Below, in pieces: positions 56,310 to 64,000 of a stretch of 64,000 nt of DNA. The translations under genes were made by a program, and so were the position numbers. The stretch spans positions 1-64,000 of the forward strand of contig JAVKOQ020000075.1 of the NCBI GenBank assembly GCA_031835245.2, written 5' to 3'. The stretch comes from Balamuthia mandrillaris. Lineage: Eukaryota. Below the pieces are notes generated by a model. That model was not told the DNA's origin. It saw nothing but the letters and a program-made list of their open reading frames with translations, and made no database searches. The stretch's first letter is position 1; every line of letters starts with the position of its first letter.

Positions 56310-57720
56310 TTAATCACAACTGCCCGTATCAAGACCCGTCAACATCAGCAAATAACCGATGATATAAGATGCAATGGCGGCCAATCCGCCATAAAACAGC
56401 ACCAAAATGCCGCTCCACCACCATCTTTGAAGCGTGAACCGGCTCTTTTGTTGTGCATAGATACATAGATAGACAGGAAAAGAGGATAAGAACAAGAGAG
56501 ACATTAAAAAAAAAGAGAGGAGTGATATTACAAACCTTGATGGCACCAAGAACAAAGAGAGTGATGCCGGTGAGAATGCCGGCTAACATAAAGGCTGCGT
56601 CAAAGTCATCGTCCATAGAGGGTGCTGCCAACAAGATAAAGTAGGCTATCAGCGGTACCAACCCAAAGATCACAAACGACGTAAACGTTATGAGCCCTTG
56701 GGGGGGAAAAAAAGAGCAACAGTTAACAGCATATTAAAGCGAATATTTGAAAAAGAGAGAAGAGTAGAAGAGTAAGAAGAGAGGCAAAAAAGAAGAGACA
56801 AGACAAACCATGCTTCCAGGGCTTTTCATCAGGGTCATACATGATACCAAGCTCCTCCACCATCATAACGTCCACAAAGAGGTCCTTGTGCTTGGCCATG
56901 ATGCCAACCACTGTCTCTGCGTCATCCTTGCTCATACCTTTGCTCACGTAGAGTTCCACCATTTCTTGTATCTCTCCTTCTATGTAGTTATCCACTTCCC
57001 TTGCAAACACACACCAAGTTAAAGAATGGAAAGGAAAGAGGAGCAGTAAACTAGGAATTGGAGCTTTGTAGTACCAAGCCTCACGCCTTCGCTCTGCTTT
57101 GGCAAAGGCCATCTCCGCTTCTGTGCTGAGGTAATCGCCCATGCCCATGCTTATGCCATCAGCAATCATGTTCGCAACACCCAAGATTATCACAACACCA
57201 GTTGCTAGTTTGAAAAAAAAAAAGAAGTTGGAGGAGGGAAGGGATGAGAAAGATTTTTTTTCCTTCACATCAGGGACACAGAAAAGTACGGTAGCGACAG
57301 AAGAAAGGTACCAAGACCAGCGCCCGCAACACCAGCCACGATGGCAAAGGTAGTGATAATCCCATCTAGACCTCCGTAAACAATGCTCTTCAGGTATTTT
57401 CCTGCCTCACTGGAAGGAGTATAAGTCTGCAATTAGAAGAAAGATTTAGCAGTGTGCACATACGTTTTGTGAGCCTCTGCCGCTTTGGCATACTGCACGC
57501 TGTGAGCCAGACGAGAAGCGTCGGCATCCCTTTCCCTGTAGGCTTTCTTGGCGCGCGACAGCCTGGTCGCGGTTGCACCCAGCTCCTGCATTTGCACCGC
57601 GCTGCCGCCGTGACTCTCCTCCTCCTCCTCGTGCCCCTCCTCCTCCGAGCTGGCGCTAGCGGAGGTGGTATCCTCCTCAGCCCGCGCATACCCCGTCTCC
57701 TGCTGCTGCTGGCTGGCCAT
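56310..57720 (-). CDS. VIT1/CCC1 family vacuolar iron/manganese transporter
   Basis: [53 protein letters not shown]. Confidence 0.93.
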
Positions 57721-57827
57721 CTGTCCTTTTTTCCCCCCTTTTGCCTTGCCTTCAACACCAATGGAATTTCCTGCAGACCCTGCATTAATTAAAAGGTTTG
57801 TTCAAGGCAGCTGAAAAAACAAAGCAC

Positions 57828-58901
57828 ATGCAGGCATCCTCCTCTGGCTCTTCTGCTTCCTCTTCCGCTGCTCCTCCTCCTCCTCCTCCTCCGACTATCG
57901 ATACGAATCAGTTCTGGAGAGAATTAGAACGTCGCACGGCCGGGCAGAGCTCTGTGTTTGAAGAGGAATGGCAAAAGTTTCAGGCGGAGCGAGAGCAGCT
58001 CCGCCAGGAGCGGCAGTTATTCGAACAAACCACACAAAAGCTGGAGAACGCGCAGTGCTCTGCACCTATTAAATTGGACGTCGGAGGGCAGGTCTTCAAG
58101 ACAAGCCTCCGAAACCTCCTCAAAGAGCCTCACTCCTTCTTCGCGGTAATGTTTTCTGGCGCCTGGACAGCCCAAGCGGACGAAAACGGATGCTACTTCA
58201 TCGACCGTGACCCCAAACACTTTCGCGTCATCCTCAACTACCTTCGCACAGGCGAGGTGGTGCTACCGCAAGACCCAGAGGCCGTCGCGGAGCTTCTCAA
58301 AGAAGTGGAGTTCTATCAGCTGTCATCACTTTGGCAGGAAATTGAAAGCCAACGCCACAACAACAAGAAAGCTCAAGCTGAACAAACTCCGACCGAAGCG
58401 TATCCACGGATAGTGTGGTCGTCATTCAGTACCATTCCCTCCAACAACAATCAAACGCTCTCTTCGAACGGTGGGTGGGCCAATGCCTACGGTCCTCCCT
58501 TACCTTCTGAAAAGCCCGTCCCTTACTGGATGTTCCAAGTGGATAGGAATGCGGGACCAGGCCACATCTGCATCGGCTTTGGCAACACTGAGTCCATCAA
58601 CGAGTTGGTGGAGTGCGGCATTAGCTGCTGCATCGGCAAGCTAGAGGGCAGCTTCTCCGTGGTTTCCGGATGCACTTGGGAGGGCTACACAGGCTCCTCC
58701 TGCAAAAATCCAGGCCACCAGTGCAACGGCTGGCAGGAGGGCGATAAGGTGGGATTTATTGTTCAACACGACTCACTCGTGTTTGTGCACAACCAGGAGA
58801 TGGTCTTCTGGTTTAGGCCAGGCCTGCAGTGGCTTGCTGGATGGACTCCTGTAATCAGTCTTCATTGTCCTCTGGATCAATGCACTCTTCTGACGTCATG
58901 A
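57828..58901 (+). CDS. KCTD-type BTB/POZ domain protein with SPRY-like C-terminus; intronless
   Basis: IKLDVGGQVFKTS, YFIDRDPKHFRVILNYLRTG, EVEFYQL; C-terminal GDKVGFIV..LVFVHN..WTPVISL. Confidence 0.85.
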   Translation: MQASSSGSSASSSAAPPPPPPPTIDTNQFWRELERRTAGQSSVFEEEWQKFQAEREQLRQERQLFEQTTQKLENAQCSAPIKLDVGGQVFKTSLRNLLKEPHSFFAVMFSGAWTAQADENGCYFIDRDPKHFRVILNYLRTGEVVLPQDPEAVAELLKEVEFYQLSSLWQEIESQRHNNKKAQAEQTPTEAYPRIVWSSFSTIPSNNNQTLSSNGGWANAYGPPLPSEKPVPYWMFQVDRNAGPGHICIGFGNTESINELVECGISCCIGKLEGSFSVVSGCTWEGYTGSSCKNPGHQCNGWQEGDKVGFIVQHDSLVFVHNQEMVFWFRPGLQWLAGWTPVISLHCPLDQCTLLTS

Positions 58902-58972
58902 GCAGATAGAGAAGCGGAGACACAAGCAAGACAAACAAAGAGAGAAGGTTTTGTGTGTATCGCAAATAAATT

Positions 58973-61566
58973 TTAGTCACTTTCATCTTCGCTGAAGCAG
59001 TAGAGAGAGGCAGCCAGGGCAAGACCTTCGGGAGGGGTGCTCAATCCATGGGAGCGCATGATGGCCGCCGTTGTGGCGGGTTCTGCTGGTTGTTGTGGTG
59101 ATGGAGAAGAGTCTATCTCAAGCTGAGTGGGAACGCTATCTACGGCTTCTGTACGCTCAGTGCGCGGTTTGGTTGACCGGCTGCGCAGGTTCATCGTTGT
59201 TGTTGCTAAAAGCCGAAAAAAGTTGAGTTGGTTGTAAGGGACCAAGAAGTAGAAAGTACTGATCGGAATGTTACCTTTCGCCGCTTCTGCATTTTTGGCG
59301 GCAGTCTTCTGCTCCTTTTCGATTTGCTTCTGTTGTCTCTGGCTTTCCTTCTTCTTTGCTACAGCCTCTTTCTCAGCCTGCTTTTGTGCTCGTGCTTTGA
59401 TTCGTTGGCCCTGCTTGTTAACCTTTTGAAGCTTGTTGATATAACCATCAATGGCGTCTCTGTCAACTGGCTTGAGAATGGCAGGGCTGGTGGCAAGAGA
59501 AGACACAGGCTCAGGATCTAACAGTAGGGGTTCTTCCTACAATGAGAGAGAGAGAGAAGAGTTAGCCCTTCTCTTCTTTTGTTGCTTTAGCTGAAGGCTG
59601 CGTACAGTAAAGAGCCCATTATCAGTCTCCTCCTCGTCTTCTGAACTGAGCAAGGCGTCAAGTTGTTCAACAAGGCCTGCTTGCTTGCGAAATGGAGTGG
59701 ACTGAAAGATGTCATCGTTGTGGCCTTTTTCCACTTTTTCTAACATCTGCCTCAGTTTCCGTTTTCTACGATTTGTACCAAGGTTGTATCCTTCAAGAGT
59801 CAGTGGAGAGTCCTCTTTCCGCTGTGCTTTTGTTTTCTCCTTTACAGTTGTTTTCTTTGTTGCTTTTTTTGCTGTTCATTTGGAGAAACAGGTTAATTAT
59901 CTAATTAACACTACGCGTAGCCACAAGACAAACCTGCAGGATATAGCATCTGGTATTTCTCAAAACATTCTTTGGCGTTTTTGCCAGGGACGCATAATGC
60001 AACTTCATCCCAAAAGGAACTGCGTGAGGGAGTAACTCTCCTCTGTGCAGATAATAAGGCTTTCACTTGCTGCAGGTTGTAATTGATAAAATGTGAGAGA
60101 AGAAGCGAACACGGCGAAGATAATATGCCTACCTCTTTTGTCCATGCGAAATCTTCCGGGTTGGGCTGTTCATCATCTGTTGCATTGGTAGGGCTCTTTC
60201 TCTGTGAAGGTCTTTTCTTTTCTTGTTCACTCGCAGTTTTTCGTTTTTGTGTTTGCCGTTCTCGTTTTGTTTTCTGCGATTCAGGTTTGCGTTTTCTATT
60301 TACACGTGGTGCCTTGACGGTTTTGTCGGAATCATCATCATTCTTTTTCTTTTGTGCCTTCCTGGTGCTCGCTTTGGTTGCTGTTTTCTTGTCAGTTTTT
60401 GAGGAAGTGGTAGCGGTGGCTGCACCAGCAATGGTGGTGGAAGTAGTAGTGGCTGTGGTTTTGGTTGTGGCGTTTGTACGGCGCGGTCTTGTTGATTGTT
60501 TTTTATTTGTACTGGCTGTGAGGGTAGACGTGGGAGCGATTGGTAGTCTTTTAGATTTAGAACTTGGGCTATGCACCAAATACTCTGGCAAAGGAGAGAT
60601 AGCTTCGGATATGCCTATCAACGACCGGAAGCGGCCATTAAAAACTGGATTCTGATTGCTCCAGTAAGCCAACACCGGTACGAGCTTTCTACCTCTTCTG
60701 GATGTGGCCACAGTGAGCTCCCGAGTGCCTTCAGGAGACGAAGGAGTAGCTTCTGTAGTCACTGTTGATGTTGTGCATAGTGTTCGCAAAGAGATGATCT
60801 CGCGCTCTAGCCCCCTTGGCCGGTTTTTTGATAAAGTTCTTTTTGGTTTCGGCAGGTTGGCAGTTTTGGGTTGCTGTGATGCCTCTTCCCGATTTTTCTC
60901 GTTATTTGTGTCCTCTGTTTCTTTTTCGCCTGAATCCTGTGTTTCTTCAACTTCTTCTTGACTAGCTTCCTTGTTCTTTCCTTCTGGGTGTGCGTCTTCA
61001 TTCCGAACATCCTCATCAAACGAATCGTCAAATGATAGCAGCTGAGGTTGGTATGGTGTGGAAGAAGTTGAGCGTTGGCATGTTGGCGTTACAGGATCTT
61101 GTTGTCGAACTAACCCCTCGTGCTCTTCTGAATGTTCTTCTTGTAGTTGGTCCATTTGTTCTTCTGACCGTCCTTCTCTTTCGCCAGAAACTTCCAACCG
61201 ATTCGCACACTCATCGGTTTCTTCGTCCACGTTCCTAATAGGATCTATGAAACGGAATGGAGAATCCTCATTCTCACTATCAGCGACCTCGTCTTCCTTG
61301 TGGTTTGTATTCTGATTGCTTGCACTACCCGAAGTACTCAGCTTGTTGTTCGTAGAAGCAACTCGCCACTCCAATGTTAACTCTTCCTGGTCTGGTCGGT
61401 AAGTGGAGGCTTGACTACATGCAGGCGGGGCATTCGCTAGCTCTTTATCAATTATCTCTTTCCAAGTAGGAGGGAAGCCTTGAAGGAATTGTTTCCAAAT
61501 GGCAGGATTGACGCCAAAGCTATCTTTTGTTCCAAAATAAAAGGTGAATTTTAAGAAATGCATCTC

Positions 61567-61609
<43 letters not shown>

Positions 61610-62074
61610 ACGTGTTTGTACCCCATTTGGTTAAGAGTGGGCTTGAAATCTCCATTTTGCCAACTAGTATATACAGGCTCCCAGACTTGGTCTTCAGCTC
61701 CTTCGGGCCAACTCGCGTTACGATCGGAGAACTGTGCCATAACTGATCTGTTTGGACGTCGACGCGTATGCCCTCTACTATCACACCAACTTTGCCTCCA
61801 TTTAGCGCAGGCTACAGACGAGAGTGATGGCATAAGACGATGAGGTCAGTGCTTGAACCATACAACCAGGGCGGTAAGGCAAGTGATAAATACCAGCACA
61901 ATCCAATTAGCTAGCTTGATGCTTTTGCGACTTGACGGCTCAGGCAGGGGATCACCATTTGCTGCGTTTGTACGGTTTCTCTTGCCAGAACATGCTGCAG
62001 CATCTATTTGGTTTCCGTTCGCAGTTCCCCTTTGTTCATCACGATCTTTTACTCCGCCTTGCTGTGTTTCTCGT

Positions 62075-62140
<66 letters not shown>

Positions 62141-62145
62141 CCTGC

Positions 62146-62225
<80 letters not shown>

Positions 62226-63107
62226 TCTTGCGATTTCCATTGCTCTTGCTCCTGCAGCTCTTGCTCTTGCTCTTGCTCTTGCTCTTGCTCTTGCTCTTGC
62301 TCTTGCTCTTGCTCTTGCTCTTGCTCTTGCTCTTGCTCTTGCTCTTGCTCTTGCTCTTGCTCTTGCTCTTCTTGAAGCTGCTGGACTATTCGATGATCAT
62401 TATTTTCATGATTTTCTTCTCCGCTTTGTCTCCCTACTCGCTCTTGTCCTTGCTCTTCTGATTCCTCGTGCTCCTTTTTCTTTGGCGTGCCGTGTTTGTT
62501 TCCTTTCGTTGTTCCATTTTCTTGTTCTTGCTGATTTTCCTTCTCCATTTGTTTCTCTTTACTGACACTGTCCAATGAAACACCGAACTGTTTGCCATTC
62601 TGCGCTTCCGCCGTCTTCATTTTTTGCGTTGAACCATTCAACTTACTTTCGTGTCCAGTTTTAAAAGCAGGACTGAAGCTGGTGGGCGGTCTAGCATAAA
62701 ACAAAGAAAGCAACCACTCGCTCAATTAATGTTGTGTCCAAAAAAGGGTGAGCAAAGAAGACGAAAGAAACCTGATAGTGGCCTTAAGTATGGCCGGTAT
62801 TGGAGAAACAGGTTGTAGCATGGCAGACCAAGAGTCAAAAGTTCTGGTAGCTGTGGTCTCTGCTTGTTGCATCGGTGAAGTGATCGATGCTTTCTGAAGA
62901 CTCGCCTTACGTTGTTGCTGTATGACCTGGGAAAAAAAGTTGAGATCGTAATGAAGCTTCAATGCAAGGAGGTTATCTTGCCTGTGGCACTGGGCTGGAA
63001 AGAACAAAGTCGCTGAATTGTTTGCTGATTTGCTCCTCGTTGCGCTTGTGGGTTTGAGGTGTACTAAAGCCTTGAAGGCGACTGAACTTTGCTTTCGGCG
63101 GGCTTAG

Positions 63108-63151
<44 letters not shown>

Positions 63152-63445
63152 ACGAGATTAGACCATGCAAAAACATAGTGCTATCACCATTGATAAAATG
63201 GAGGATAAGTACAGAGAAGGAGGCGTTTTGGGCAATGAATGCTCAAATGCGGTTGTGCGTTGATGGGAAGAATGAGGAGGCCTCATCTCGCTGGGAAGAG
63301 ACGAGAGGAGCGACAAAGGAGGAGGCGCTCCAGTCACAACAGCGGTTGGGACTTTCTGCACAGACTTTCTGCGCGTGCTCCCGCGAGCTGCAACAGAAAT
63401 CGCACTCCCCTGGGTTCTCCCACCGGCCGGCGCGTCCTGCTCCAT
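58973..63445 (-). CDS. KNL2: KNL2 / Mis18-binding protein 1 (SANTA + CENP-C-like motif + SANT/Myb)
   Basis: SANTA IVEG..WHSSPIVTR..LKTKSGSLYILVG..FLQGFPPTWK; motif TSRRGRKLVPVLAYWSNQ; SANT WTKE..SFWDEVALCVPGKNAKEC; DDIFQSTP. Confidence 0.85.
62075..62368 (-). repeat. Coding hexanucleotide arrays encoding (EQ)n/(EP)n in KNL2
   Basis: (GAGCAA)n, (GAGCCG)n and (GAGCAG)n on the minus strand. Confidence 0.95.
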
Positions 63446-63632
63446 TTCGCAAAAGGCCACCACTCTCAAAGCGCAGCTGCTACTGCTTTTCTTCTTTGTG
63501 TTGCTTTTCTTATGGAGTTACGTCAGTTTTACCTTTAATAGGGTTAGTTTACGTCATTTATACTTTTTTAGGGTAATGATGACGTCTAGAAATTGGTCCA
63601 AAAGAAAAAGGCAAGAAAACTAGAACGCAAGA

Positions 63633-64000
63633 ATGGCGGTTGGCGCGAAGAGAGGGTATGCGGCGCCGGGATGGATGTTGTTCTGGCTGTATGTCGGTTC
63701 TTTGATCGTTTTGTGGGATGCCAGCTACATACTTTTGCGCCCGCGAACCATGAAAGGAGGTGACTTGGAGACCTTTTGGTATCCCTGTACGCTTTCAGCT
63801 CGTGCTCCTCCTGTTTTCGCCGTAATGAGCAGCCGCTTAGCCTTCTCCTTGTTCTCTTTCTCACTCGCACCGCAGATCAGACCTACATTTTGGCAGACAA
63901 GCGCTACGGAGACCTTAATGACAGCTTTGGCATTGCCCAGTCCTGGTGCGTTTCCGTCCTCATCAACTCCCATCTGGCAGCAACTAATTCTTTATTTGGT
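63633..64000 (+). CDS. EXPERA/EBP-like membrane protein, partial (runs off the window end)
   Basis: WLYVGSLIVLWDASYILLRPRTMKGG..FWYP|..YILADKRYG..DSFGIAQS. Confidence 0.7.
   Translation, partial: MAVGAKRGYAAPGWMLFWLYVGSLIVLWDASYILLRPRTMKGGDLETFWYPCTLSARAPPVFAVMSSRLAFSLFSFSLAPQIRPTFWQTSATETLMTALALPSPGAFPSSSTPIWQQLILYL

Noticed and set aside
61853..62565. Plus-strand ORFs with (CS)n, (PA)n and (LA)n
   Set aside because: Antisense shadows of the KNL2 EQ/EP repeat.

Overview
Compact, intron-rich eukaryotic DNA with about 29 protein-coding genes, short (~60-120 nt) introns often filled with sense-strand (CT)n tracts, and many head-to-head gene pairs. Gene content (Shk-type SH2 kinase, 7TM-kinase fusion, AP-4 beta, DNMT2) suggests an amoebozoan, possibly Balamuthia/Acanthamoeba-like; this is inference. 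Recognisable genes: ARMC1-like, DNMT2, DUSP-UBA, GT32 glycosyltransferase, FAD/Fe-S D-lactate/glycolate dehydrogenase, Shk kinase, TRAPPC11, PP1, Sds3-like, family-16 methyltransferase, AP4B1, DUF1445, PEX11, RING-F-box-WD40, RRP42, VIT1, BTB protein and KNL2/M18BP1. Most notable observations: (1) a Crinkler/RHS-type NTPase + restriction-endonuclease-fold gene with a mitochondrial-presequence-like N-terminus and a spliced C-terminal SAP DNA-binding exon absent from the ORF track; (2) a decayed Fanzor/TnpB C-terminal remnant in a ~450-bp intergenic gap; (3) three U12-type minor introns, one of them AT-AC; (4) a frameshifted, truncated Ty3/gypsy element with LTR-like fragments. Exon models were read by eye, so internal boundaries are approximate.
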